From positions 434,001-498,000 of the forward strand of contig NEEC01000023.1 of the NCBI GenBank assembly GCA_002189035.1: 64,000 nt of DNA. The letters are read 5' to 3'. Positions 37,652-50,154 of the stretch are shown in pieces. The notes beneath the pieces were generated by a model that was not told the origin of the DNA, ran no database searches, and was given only the letters and a program-made list of their open reading frames with translations. Numbering within the stretch: position 1 is the stretch's first letter; each line of letters opens with the position of its first letter. Source of the DNA: Utricularia gibba. Its lineage: Eukaryota > Plantae > Magnoliophyta. The position numbers and the translations under genes are program-made.

Positions 37652-39647
37652 ATGGCGCCATCCCTAGTTGCAAATCACTTCTACGTCCCCAGTTCGATTC
37701 TCCACCACACGAGAGCTACTCACAAACCGATCATCTTCGCCGCGAAGACGCCGGAAGTTTCCAATTCGGAGAATTCGAGCCCGTTCCGCTTCGACTGGGG
37801 GAAATTTGGGGGCGGCGTGCAGTCATTGGTTCCGGTTCCGACGAGTCTGGGACTGCAGCGGCGTAAGGATCCGGGAACAGTGTTTGTGAATGGGGCGACG
37901 GGGCTCTCCGGGATCCGCATTGCGCAGACGCTTCTCCGGGAGGGGTTCACAGTGAGGGCCGGTGTGCCGGATCTGGGAGCTGCCCAGGAGTTGGCTCGTC
38001 TCGCTGCTCAGTACAGGGTTCGTTTCCTTCTTTAAATCTGACTGCATTCTTCTTCTTCTTCTTCATTCACCCGCTTTTTCTTTTATCCAAAAAGAGGAAA
38101 TTGGGTGAATGATAAATTCATACGTGGCTCGATTTTATTGGGTAGAGAAGAGCATTTTGACTGAGGAATCGAATATCCAATCTTGTTCCTGTGGCAGATC
38201 CTCTCCGCCGAAGAGTCACGGCGGCTGAACGCCGTCGGTTCCACTTTGGACGACATCGAAGCAATCGCAAAGGCCATCGGAAACGCCTCCAAGGTAGTCG
38301 TAACAATTGGCCCCTCGGAGAACGGTCCCGCTACCGAGGTGACAGCCGGCGAGGCTCTGCGAGTGATTCAGGGCGCCCAATTAGCTGACGTCGGCCACGT
38401 AGTCATCGTCTTCGACGATTCCTGGGCCAATGTCTCCACCTACAATGTTCTCGATGGGATCACCTCTTTTTTCTCTAACCTATTTTCCAAGTCTCAGCCA
38501 TTGACGCTTCCTGAGTTCTTGCAAAAATTGGTGGAGACGGATATCACTTACACTTTAATCAAGACCAAACTGACTGAAGATTTCTCTCCAGAGAGTTCTT
38601 ATAAACTCGCCGTCATCTCTGAGGGAAGCGTCGCCGGCAACGACTACAAAGTAATGTATGCCGTTTCAGTTGTTTTTAAGAGATAGAGATATCTCACTTT
38701 CTAGTGGGCACATCTCCGTGTCATTATCATGTCTCCCTGAATCGCTTTCTTGCCTTCTTCTGATGAAACTACTTTTCCGCCATTAATGCAGGTAACAAGA
38801 TCACAGATAGCTTCTCTGGTTGCTCAACTTTTCTCCAACACCGAAGTTGCTGAGAATAAGGTACAAAGAAGATTTATTCAAGCTGAATCACTCCCAAAAA
38901 CTACTTTTCTCGAGTTTTTCTTGCTGCTTTTCATTGATTTGAGATCAGTTCAATGACAATTTTGAAGCTGAATCACTCCCAAAAAATCCATTCAGGTTGT
39001 TGAGGTCTACAGCGATCCATCAGCGCTATCGAAACCCATTGATGAACTCTTCAGGTGTTTAAACGTCTTCCTTTTAACTTTCTATCAAGGACCATAGGAT
39101 GCTTGTGCTTTAAAACACTGTTCAGAAAACCATCCTGCTTCGTTTGATGTCCAGAGACATACCCGAGGATTCAAGGAGAAAAGTATATGCCGAATCAGTG
39201 GCGAAAGCAAAAGCGGACGAAGAAGCACGGCGAGCTTCAGAACCAGCAAAAAAGTTGCAGGTGGAGTCAAAGAAGCTGGAAGAGGAGGAACCAAACATAG
39301 CAGCAGAAGCCCAGAAAAGAGCAGAAGCAGCCGGAGCAGAGCTTCTGAACAAAGCCAAAGCCATCAACCTTTCATTCTCTTGGGATGAGTTAAGCTCCCG
39401 GCTTCAATCTGCAGTTGCCAAGACGGCTGAAGACCCCAAAGTTGAGTTAGCCACAGTAAGAGGGCAAGCAAAAGCACGATCCCTGCCTTCCCTGAAAGCA
39501 GTGGTGAAGAATTCCAGACCCCCACCTCCACCTCCATTGAGGAAAAGCAAAGTGGGGAAGGTGAAACAAGTTGAGGCGAAGCAGGAGGCAAGGAGTGGGC
39601 TCCGTGGGTGGTTCAACCAGGAAACCATCTTCGTGGATGATGAGTAG
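37652..39647 (+). CDS. PTAC16: Plastid transcriptionally active protein 16 (Rossmann-fold-like nucleoid/thylakoid protein); 5 exons
   Basis: RRKDPGTVFV.GATG.SGIRIAQTLLREGF.VRAGVPDLGAAQELARLAAQY; AIAKAIGNASKVVVTIGP.ENGP; C-terminal RGQAKARSLP and ARSGLRGWFNQETIFVDD. Confidence 0.92.
38880..38985 (+). repeat. 21-bp direct repeat inside a PTAC16 intron
   Basis: aagctgaatcactcccaaaaa at 38880-38900 and at 38965-38985. Confidence 0.8.
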
Positions 39648-40470
39648 AAGTTCCTCCCTGCTACTTACCGCCATATCCATTTGCTTGAGATGCTGCTGCT
39701 GAATGTCGTCCATGGATGACGAACATTTCAATCCCCTCGTTTCGGGAACGATGGAAACCATTCGTTCATACTTCCATACATACAACTGGAGTGAGCACCC
39801 CGTTTTCCAAATATGCTTTATTTTCAATTTGGATAAGAGGTTACAACTTACGGGTCGAGAATGATCGAATGGGGCGGGTCCTGGATTCGAACGAATCGGG
39901 TTACTGTTTTGGGTTAATTACGATCTAATTAAAATAGAAAGATGGTTTAATTTGGCAGATCTTCAGGTCGTTGAATTTTGGGTAAATTTAGTGCAGTTTC
40001 CGTCCAAGATTCTCGCGATTGATTCCCATATTCCGAATCACTTACGCGGCAACTGCGACTAAATTGTGAATTGTGATCCGATTTGCTGGTTTCGGGATTC
40101 GATGTTCTTCGTCTTAAATGCTGGAATTGACCGGTATTTCTCGCTTAAAAGCAGTTTCTGCACCGTTTTGTTGGTGTTGAGAGAAAGGGGATGAAGTTCA
40201 GGAGTGTGTAAATCGTGTTCCGCGAGTTATAAAGGTCAGATTTTGCGTCGATTGAACTAGTTGACTGCTTTTTGAGTCGATTGAGCTGTTGTTTTAGAAA
40301 ATTCCTTGAGTTTTGAGACCGACAGTTGACTGTTATTTCTCCCAAAATCCCTCTCGAGGGTTTGAGATTCCTAATCTAATGGAAACCAGATTTTTAGATT
40401 GATCACTCTCATCTTGTGGGCTGCAAGTCTGTGAAATTAAATACCCGGGACTTTGTACTTTTTTTTACAG

Positions 40471-41613
40471 ATGGAGGCTGACGACGAGTTTGATTCAACA
40501 GAGCTGCAGCCTGTAAAGATAGAACAGATACTATCTAGTGAAGGAACAAAGTTTTCCCCCAGTAAACATCACTTTGCTTGTGGTAGCAAGACATGTTCAT
40601 TCTCCACGCATCAGTATAGTGAGGCAAATGCAGCTCAGAGGTCGAAAACAATGTTCAAGCTCTGTGGGCTTTTGCTGTTTTACTTGATTGCGATGGGTAT
40701 TGAAATTGTTGGAGGCTTGAGAGCCAACAGCTTGGCAGTTCTTACTGATGCAGCCCATTTGCTATCTGACATTGTTGGTTTCTCCATTTCCCTTTTTGCA
40801 ATATGGGTATCTGGCTGGGAGCCCACCTCTAGACAGTCTTTTGGATACAACCGTCTCGAAGTAATGGGAGCCCTTTTATCAGTGCAGCTAATATGGCTGA
40901 TCTCTGGAGCTTTGATCTATGAGGCAGTCATGAGACTCATTGCAAAGAGATCAAAAGTGAATGGTGAGCTCATGTTCATGGTAGCTGCATTTGGTTTCTT
41001 GATTAATTTGCTCATGGTTGTGTGGCTCGGTCATGATCATCACTCCCATCATGGCCACTCTCATCACAGCCATGATTCTGAACACAATGCTAACCATCCC
41101 AGTCATGAAAAGGAGCCAGATGAAGAAACCGCAAACCTCATGCTGCCAAATCCTCACTCCAATACAGACATTCTGAAGAACATCAACATCCAAGGTGCGT
41201 ACTTGCACCTCATCACAGATTTGATCCAATCCATCGGCGTGATGATCGCCGGATGTGTGCTGTGGGTAAAACCCACATGGCTCGTGACTGATCTCATCTG
41301 CACCCTCATATTCTCCACCGTTGCATTGGTGACCACTCTGCCGATGCTGAAGAGCATCTTTTACATACTGATGGAGAGAGCTCCAAGCGAAATAGACACA
41401 GTGAGCCTTGAAAATGGCCTGAGAAGCATCAGGGGCGTTGTGAATGTTCATGATCTTCATGTCTGGGCCATCAGTGTAGGAAAGCACGTTTTGTCGTGCC
41501 ATGTTGTTATTGCCCCTGAAGCTGTTCCTATACAAACCCTGAGTGAGATCAGGGAATACTGTGAGCAGGAGTTCAGGATTCATCACTCTACTATTCAGAT
41601 AGAGCAGGAATAA
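40471..41613 (+). CDS. MTPB: Cation diffusion facilitator, Zn-type metal tolerance protein B (MTP4/MTPB); one coding exon preceded by a 5'UTR intron acceptor
   Basis: ANSLAVLTDAAHLLSD (TM2 HxxxD); SFGYNRLEV; His-rich loop GHDHHSHHGHSHHSH; NIQGAYLHLITD (TM5); HDLHVWAIS; HSTIQIE. ttttttacag lies directly before the ATG. Confidence 0.93.
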   Translation: MEADDEFDSTELQPVKIEQILSSEGTKFSPSKHHFACGSKTCSFSTHQYSEANAAQRSKTMFKLCGLLLFYLIAMGIEIVGGLRANSLAVLTDAAHLLSDIVGFSISLFAIWVSGWEPTSRQSFGYNRLEVMGALLSVQLIWLISGALIYEAVMRLIAKRSKVNGELMFMVAAFGFLINLLMVVWLGHDHHSHHGHSHHSHDSEHNANHPSHEKEPDEETANLMLPNPHSNTDILKNINIQGAYLHLITDLIQSIGVMIAGCVLWVKPTWLVTDLICTLIFSTVALVTTLPMLKSIFYILMERAPSEIDTVSLENGLRSIRGVVNVHDLHVWAISVGKHVLSCHVVIAPEAVPIQTLSEIREYCEQEFRIHHSTIQIEQE

Positions 41614-42315
41614 TGAATCCCCATTATTTAGAAAAATGGATATTGTCACATTCTCTATAATAGAATGATTATTTTTTTTACACAATATCTGATACATAGG
41701 TAAATTTCTAATTGATCTTAACAAATCCACATTGCAGGTTTTGTGTAAATGAAAGTTATGAGAAAATGAGGTAATAAGATTATTTACAAAGTTATTCTAA
41801 GAGTATTTTTAATGATTTTCAGAAATAATGATGTGGTTTTCCAGAAATCATTATTATTTTTATGAAAATAATTAATTTGAGGAAATTCCATGCTGCGAAA
41901 ATCGGAATAGGAAGTTCCATTTCCTTGAAAAAACTCGATAAAATAAAATCACGTCAATATTTTCGTAAATCATTAAAAATGTTTTAATAAAATAAGAATT
42001 AAGTTTCTATAGCTTTTTTAAAATAAAAAATAATTTTAAATTCATGTTTTTTAAAAATATTTATTTATATAATTTGTTTACAAGTATATTTGAAATTTAT
42101 TTGACAGAAATAAATAATTCAGAAACTATCCAACAAAGTCAACACGGTATATAAAAGGAAGGCTAGTTAGCGGCTGGGACTGGGAGGGTCCATGCCACAG
42201 AGCTGTAGGGGTCCCGCACGGGGCCGAGTTCGGAAGCCATAATACGACGAATCTTGAAGTGAACCCACCCGATTGGGAATCCCCGGTCAGATTCCGTTCT
42301 CCGGCGCCAGATTCT

Positions 42316-43570
42316 ATGGCGGAGCCGAAGCACCGGCTGCTTTACGCTGATCTCTTCAAATCCACTTCCTGCACCGGCGACGACTCAAAGGTGGCGTCGG
42401 CGATATCAGAATCTCAGAGCTGGAGCCGGAGCAGCGGCAGCAGCAGCAGCCAGGTTTCCTCCGCCTGGGATTCTTCTTCTGCTTCCTCCGCCGCCTCGGA
42501 TCTTTGCTCCTCGGAAGCAGACGAAGAGGATTTCACTGGGGAATTGACGCGGCAGATGGCTGAGTGCATGCTTCGAGATGATTCCGCGCCGCGGCAGGAG
42601 TCTCAGGTGAAGTACGCAAAGAAATTAGAAAATAACTCCGCCGATCGGAGCTCTGTAGACTCTTCTGCTGGCGACCAGGTAACTCCTAGTTGATTCAAAA
42701 GTAGGAGATGCGCCACCTGAATTGGATTAAATTGAATTGAATCCACATCTAGGTTTGCGAAGTGAAGAATCAGCTTCCAAAATCAACAATCAAAGACGTC
42801 CCTAAAAAGCGCAACGGAGGCAACACTACAGAGAGGAGGAAGCAGCCAGGGTCCGGTATGCGAGCCGTATTCCTCCAGCCGCCGAAAACCGGAGTCCCCG
42901 GTACCGGAGTCTTTCTCCCTCGAGTAAACAGAGTCCCCGTTGAGTTCAGGAAGAAATCAGGTCCACTGATCACCAACACCCTATTATAGCAATTGGTATC
43001 TTTTTCAAGTGCACTTGAAGCCTGATTCCGATGTTACTATTTCATAACCACATTGTTTTATTTGGAGCATTGAACTGAGTTTCTGAAGTAGGATTTGATG
43101 GTGAAAACACTGAAATTTTTGCTCACAGGCTGCTCCACGGTTCTGATTCCCACAAGAGTTCTAGAGCTTCTGGAGCTTCATCACAACAGACGAATTCATT
43201 CAAACTCTCCACTTCCCGGAGTAGCACCTCCCATTGCATTCCGTTCAAAAGGTACCCGCCCTTCTAGACTTGGGAATAGTTGTCCCTTTTCCTTCCTTTC
43301 TTCCCTCCTACACCCTATGTGATGGATAGCATTAACATCCTACTCAACCATCCCCCAAATTGTTGCTTAGTCAACTTTTGTTAGCCCTACCCTATCCTTA
43401 TCCACCAGTTTTATTGCATTCAAGCTCCATGTTCGATGGAACAACTTATCCCCACAACTGTGCCTGATGCATTCCCTCCCTTTGCAGATGCACAACACCC
43501 AGAGCAGAAGAGGCAAGCAGAAGAAGAAGCAGAGGAGATGCTGCAACTCCCACAGGAGTGGACTTACTGA
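42316..43570 (+). CDS. Plant-specific uncharacterised protein of the GSGMRAVFL...GTGVFLPR...LPQEWTY family; 4 exons
   Basis: ELTRQMAECML; GSGMRAVFL; GTGVFLPR; RKKS-GCSTVLIPTRVLE; terminal LPQEWTY* at 43570. Confidence 0.85.
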
Positions 43571-44489
43571 TACAACGCTAGCGAGTAGTAGCCAGGCGAT
43601 TGATTGCCTTGGAGATTGGGAAGAAGGAGCACAATAAATGTTGGCGCCGGTCCCGTGCTAACAAACAGGTACGTGGCTACTTGTTTCTTCTCAGAGGAGA
43701 GGGTAATGAATGAATGAATAAGGTAGGGAGGGTAGTGGAGTACCCATTAGTGAAAAACACTGGATCTAGAAAAATGTTCGGCCATGCTTCTCCCACTGAT
43801 CCGTACAATCATTCTTCAATGAAGGGGATGGTAGTGGTGTCGTACGAATTTCATTTCTTTTATTTTAAAAATTAATTTGAAACGTTTATTTATTTTTAAT
43901 AAAATGTAAATTTATTATATAGATAATCTTATTATATAAAATATGACAGGATTCATTAGGAGGAGTTGGGGGTGTAACAAAATGTGATGGATGTAGATGG
44001 TTAAAATTTGGGACGACTTTTTATTATAAAGTAGTTAATGTGCAGTCAACGTGCACTTGTTTAGGTTTCGTGGCATGATGATGTGCCTAGGACCACTAGC
44101 CAGTAACTCCTTTGGATAACATTTTTAATTACATCTGGTTCTATGATTTTTTAAATTTGGGTGTAATTATTTTTTATAATTTTTTTAAAAAAGCTGAAAT
44201 TTAGTTATATTTAATTTAATTTTTTTATTTTATAATATATTTATAATGAATTAATCAAATTTGACGTCATTCATACTCATTCCATACAAATACGAATCAC
44301 TAATACTCGTTTCGTATGAGTCAACCGGCGAGTTATTCGGATTAACTCGAATTCGGGTATCGGGTAACATTACAAACATTTCGATGACTAAATTGAAAAG
44401 GGGGAAAAGGTTGGGGGTGTAAAACATAATATTTGCTATTATCCGTGTCTCCAGGCTGCTCGACTGCAGAGAAGCCTCTCCGGCGGGCG

Positions 44490-45087
44490 ATGGCGGTGCC
44501 GTCGGCTAATCTCATTTTTCACCATGGCTATCTTCTTCCTCGTCGCCCTCTTCCCCGGATTCAATGTCGCAAAATGAATCCCCAATTGCCCACTCTTCCC
44601 ATCGTGGAATCCCCATTCGGCGCCAAAACCTCTCTTAAGAGATCGATTTTTCTTAGTGTCAGCAACGATTAGCCCAATCGAATCAGTTCCCGCGGGAACC
44701 GATGACAACATTGCGTCGGCGATCGAATCGGCAACGACGGGCCCAATCTAATCAGTTACAGCGATAAGCTATGACGGCCTCGTCTCGGCAATCGAATCGG
44801 CCGTTTTGTTCGTTGCCTTCATTGCGTTATCCGTTCTCACTGTAGGGGTAAGCCTCCAGTTTGATGCCAACTCCTCTTTTTCAGTTCTTTCAGTTAAATT
44901 TTGCTTATGTTGGATTGTTCTTCAGGTTATCTACATTGCAATTACAGATTTCCTGGACAAAAGGGAAAACGAAAAATTTGTTAAAGAAGAAGAGGCTGCA
45001 AACAAAAAGAAGAAAATCAAAGGTGGCAAGAAGGGAAAACTTGTGGGGAGTGGGAGAAACGGCCCCAAAGGCTTTGGGCAGGAGTAA
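44490..45087 (+). CDS. HCF153: HCF153-like thylakoid protein (cytochrome b6f biogenesis); 5' part disrupted or spliced unusually
   Basis: C-terminal half LFVAFIALSVLTVG|VIYIAITDFLDKRENEKF..EE..KKKK...GPKGFGQ matches the recalled HCF153 motif. The transit peptide starts at ATG 44490 but is in a different frame, and there is a TAA at 44749. Confidence 0.75.
44659..44796 (+). repeat. 69-bp (23-codon) tandem duplication within the HCF153-like gene
   Basis: Unit 1 (44659-44727) reads SATISPIESVPAGTDDNIASAIE. Unit 2 (44728-44796) reads SATTGPI*SVTAISYDGLVSAIE. Identity is 51/69 nt by hand count. Confidence 0.85.
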
Positions 45088-45698
45088 CGACAACCAGAAC
45101 AGGAAGCCTAATCGATTACTTCTTGTAGTCAGTTCTGCCATCGGTGTCTTAGAAGTTAAGCTCTGAGTGCGCAAATTCTGTGTTCGAGGAATCGGGAGGA
45201 GGGCAGACAGACAGGGCATCAAAGTGATGAAGGTAAATACAAGATGAGGTAAATGATGGAAGAACTTACAAATAGAGGAGAGTGTTGCATAGGTGCCAAG
45301 CAAGAGTACTTGAAGAGCCGACTGATTTATGTATCATTTTTTTCCTCCCAAAGAAACAATTGTTTGATTGAAAAATTTGAGTTCTATTGATTGATCATCA
45401 TGCTATATAATTCAACCATGATAGAGAACACTTACATTACAGAAAATTAGCACAGCACACTGATGGATTTCGTTCCTTTGGAAAATCAAGTTTGATAGAA
45501 AAGCTCAGGTTACAGACAAAGGAGCATGAACTGTCCCTCGTAGGACTCCTAAAGGAGAAGGCTCCCAAAGCTATTCAGGTGTTTCGGTACATGTTTATTT
45601 TCCTATGAGAATACATGAGGAAAGGAAGATAAGAAAAGGTAGTCCAAACTTGCCTCAGTTAGCTGTACATTCTCCTCATTTCCTTTCTCTCCACCTCT

Positions 45699-48600
45699 CT
45701 AAATTGGGTTCAAGGATTGACCAGCAGCAATCCTACGCTCTGCCAAAGAGATACAAGGTGCCGTATATTAGAAATAAGATCACCTTGGGACTCAGGTGGC
45801 GGATTGAACTGCTTCTTCATCGAAGTGAAAACTAACAGTTACTACGAAAGTTCAATCACAATGAAGGTTTCAATGAAAAAATGGATGAGAAAGTAAAGAC
45901 TGCTCTCACCACCGGCGGCAACAAGTTTCTCAACACGAGCGACTATGTGCTTCCCGTAAGTGTATTTTTTCAGTGCATTCAAGTGAACTTTAATTCTGGT
46001 CAAAATTAGCTCTCGCTGCTGGTCACTACAAATCTCTAGTGCTTTCTGTACAACATAGTTTGCAAACTGATCCTTCATCATAGCCTGTTGGCATAAACAG
46101 ACGATAAAAATGTAAGACTCATGACAGGGCAATCTCCAATTAAATATTTCATGAATTCAAAATAAAAATGAAAATGCAGTTACTTCAGAAGATAAATCCT
46201 TGCAGCTAACCAACATCCTGGAAAATTTTCACGACTGTAGAAAAACAGACACTGAAGCTGCTTTTGGAAATAACAAAAAGAACCTGAAGGGATTCATTCT
46301 CATCCGTAGTTCCGATTATTTCATTCACCAGCAGCTGTCGTTCACTAGGGCCACCAAAAGTTAAGCATTTCTCTACAACATTGGATGCAAACTTCTGCTG
46401 GCTCATCTGAACAATTTTTCCAGCTAGTTCCTGAATTATGGTCGAACGCTCATCTGGCTGCCCATGCTCCAGCACGTGCTGAAAGTAAAAAAAAAAAAAA
46501 GACAGATTTACAACGTCTGCTTCCAATCACTTTATTTCAAAACAGGTGTACCGGACAAGGGAAAAGTACTAAGCTTGAAAAAAAAAAAACCGACATTGTG
46601 TAGCAATGAAAAAAAAATTATACCAAGGGATTAAAAATGAGGGGAAAGAGCCATCAATTTGTTGAGCATTTTGGTTATCATAACAACAGAGAACAAACCA
46701 TTGGCAATTCTTTCAATTTTGAAAGAGGTTCGTATGCTTTTCAGAAAGTAATAATTCTCAGGCTAAAAGAACGCCACTAACCTGAACAACATAGTTTCCA
46801 TATTGATCCTGGGCCAACATGCTTACAGAGCTAAGAATCTCCCCCATCACCTTCCTCTGCGTCTTTTCATCCTTGCAGTGCTCCAAAACTCGCTATGAAA
46901 TTTAATGACCAATGCATATCGTAATTTGAGCTAAAATCCAGATGAGACATAAAAAAACTAAATAATGTACATGTCAATATCTGACCTGTATCACACGACA
47001 ACCATAGGGGTGTGTTGAAAGAGTGACAACTTGGTCAAAAAACGTTGAGACAATGAACTCTATATGTTGCTCTGGTACACATTCTATACATTTCTGAATC
47101 ACATGATTTCCATTTTGGTCACGCACACAACGCATTACATGTCCATCAAGCTCTTTCACCATCTCTATTTTCTGATCCATATCTACAACTTCTATTGCCT
47201 GAAAAAATACATCTCGCTTAGTAACAATCCATGCACTTTAAAATAAAAGAAAACACATGGATGGGAAGTCATATTCCAAGAATGTAGTTACAACAGTCTC
47301 TATCACCTAACGAAAAGCAGAGGAGATGGAACTGTACAGCTTAAACTTACTTTTTGTATCACCCTACAACCATACATTTGAAGACTTAGTGTCAGTATGC
47401 TTCCAAAAAGCTTGCTAGCCAACTCCCGCCTCTGATTCGCCAGGCCATGTTCAAAGAACTGGAAAGCAATGATGTCATTTAGAAATACAGAACGTGCTAA
47501 GAAAAACAAATGGTAAAACAAATTCATCAAAATAAGCTAGTTTAACTTAATAAAGGCAGTTTTTACCTTCTGAATGACATAATTTCCAAAAACATCGGTC
47601 ATCAGTGTAGGAGCATCAGAGAAGATTTCTTCAAAAACCATGTTTTTCTCATCTGTGGTGGCTGTTTCAAGCTTTTGTTGGATGAATCGACTCCCATATT
47701 GATCAACACTATTCAATATCATTAGAACATAAGGATTAACTTGTAAACCTTTCCTTCAGTGAACTCATAAATATAATTTAAAAATGGTACCTAAACTCAA
47801 CGACATGACCACTAATCTCAGAGAGTTCAAAGCATCTCGTCTTATTGCTCTTAAACTCCTCGAGCAGTGTTGAATCATGCCTATTATCGACATTATTTAA
47901 ATGCCACGGCGCAAAGGCACCCCCAGCGAAGTTTCCCACCCCACCAAGGCCACGCATATTATAATCACCATGCCTTACAGAGTTCGCAGGCAATCCAAAA
48001 GAGTTTGGGGTAGTAGGGCTTGCCAACAGGTCACCAGGATATGACAATCCATATGTTGGACTCGCAAAGTAACCATGAGGACTTGATTGAGTAGAGTTTC
48101 CACTTGACAGTGCAGCATATTGAGATTTCTGTTGAGGCAGCAAATTCCCAAGATGGGCTTTCTGAAAGACGTCCATGTATGTATTTCCCATGTAATTCAT
48201 ATCAACAGAAGGATAATTAAAACCTGCAACTGATGGAGATGCATATTCAGCGGCACTTAGATACTGAAGATACAAGGGATCCACAAAAGGTGCCTGCAGA
48301 ATACCCCCTGGCAACTGGGCTCCAATTCTGTTCAGGTTCTGTTCAGCCATAGCACTTAGGTTTGCACCTCTTGACATCCTACTTTCCCTTCCCTGCAGTG
48401 CCAGAGCAGATTCACCAACAGCATTCTCAAACAACGGTGGCAGATTTGGGCTCCCAAGTTGGCCCAGCATTTGACTCCTAGCATAGCCACCAAGACCATG
48501 ACTAGAAAAGGATGAATTAGGGCTATCTAAATGACCATAGTGGGGATTCAACACGCCCCCACCGCTCCTAGATCCACCTGAAGATCCCTTACCATAGTGC

Positions 48601-50154
48601 TTACTTGAAGAAGTGCTGCTCTTCTTGATCTCAGCCTGCAAAGACATGTTTCCAGTGAAGTCCAAACAACCAGCACCTCCAATTCCAGAATCAGGATAAA
48701 TCGAATTTGCAGGATTCGAATGTGCCCCCATATTCAGGTGCCCATGTCCAGACTCTTTTGCAAAACTCTGCTGTCTGGAATCGGTTTTCCCATCACGAAG
48801 ATTGAAAAGATAATCAGGTTTAGAACCAGAAGAAAAATTGCTGTCCTCGTTCTCCATTCCATTTGAAAGTTTCATGCCTGACAAAGCAGATACAAAATCT
48901 GCAGATTCATCCCCTTGAGAAGGTACCCCGCTGTAAATGCTGGGGCTATTAACACTTCTCTTTTCCGAGTAACCTGGCCTGCTTCCACCGATGGTTCCCA
49001 GGGATGGGCTGGGAACTCTTGCAATGCATTGGGGATCAGGGGTTGAGCTTCTTGATATTGAAGCTCCCAGAGAAATATGAGGATAAGGTGATGATGCTCT
49101 AGCATGCTGACCAGAAGATGAGTTATGAATCTGAGACAAGGATTTCATAGGGTCAGAGGGCGTAAAATCATCACGAAGGAAAGCCAACTCTGCCTCAGCT
49201 GATGCCAAGAGCCCCGGTGTGTCATCCATTACACCATCTTGGTGATTGGAGGAGTTCATGCCATCCTACAAATATATAAAGAGGCTAAAAAAGTCGTTGG
49301 GCAAATCTTTGCATGGATCAAGCAATCAAAATTGAGGCCCAGGGTCACCATCCTCACCCAATAAGTGTGTAACATTTTATCGTCTCTAATATAAACATCA
49401 ACCTAGGAAAGGAAAGCGAGGGAATCCCCTAAAATGCATAATAGCTTTTCATGTTTTAAGGAAAATAAAATTTCACTAACAGAGATGGAATCAGCAAAAA
49501 ATAATGCATCACATGAAACAAGTTACCGACATGGTAGGCATGGGCAAGGCTCTTTTGCTTGCTACCTAAAGTATATGCAGGCAACGAAAGTCCATCATTT
49601 TCCCACTCTAGAGAACCGAGAAGTTTGTTCTCATTCTCGCTCTCCTGCTTCCTAGCATTAAAACCGGGAGGAATCTGGTAGGGAGCCCCTTTTCCGTCGT
49701 TCCCGCTTTCATTCCTACTTACCTTCCTCCTATCCCCAATTACAGAGTTCCCTCCTTGAAGCCTCTGAGCAAACCTCAAATCCTCTTTTGATATTAGAGG
49801 AGGTGGCAGCCTTGGGTTAAGATTTACATTTGAGTAGTAATAAGACGAATATGAAGGATCAGACCTAAGGTCATCCTCAGACAGGAAGCCATTTCCAACC
49901 TTTTTTCTGACTAAGTCAGGGAACTGCGAAACGTGAACTCTACTGTCCCCATCTTTAAACAAACCACCAATAGCACTTAAGGAGCCTTCAACAGTCGGCG
50001 GCGCTGATCCGCTCCTGTACAAATTCAACTCCCTTTCCCGATCATCGGCCTCTTGCCTGCTCTGATCCCCGAGCAAAAACCCCATCTCGTAGTTATCACC
50101 GAATGATTTTTCATTATTCCCGATCATTGGTCTTCTACCCAAATCAGATAACAT
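45699..50154 (-). CDS. Pumilio (PUF) RNA-binding protein, APUM1/2/3-like; multi-exon; long 5'UTR intron
   Basis: [13 protein letters not shown]; [25 protein letters not shown]; PUF repeats [67 protein letters not shown]; ending [25 protein letters not shown]. Confidence 0.95.

Noticed and set aside
40951-41730. 259-codon antisense ORF over MTPB (similar shadows over ERF, pirin, PPR, SRRM1-like and GT47)
   Set aside because: Antisense or alternative-frame shadows of real coding sequence with no motifs of their own.
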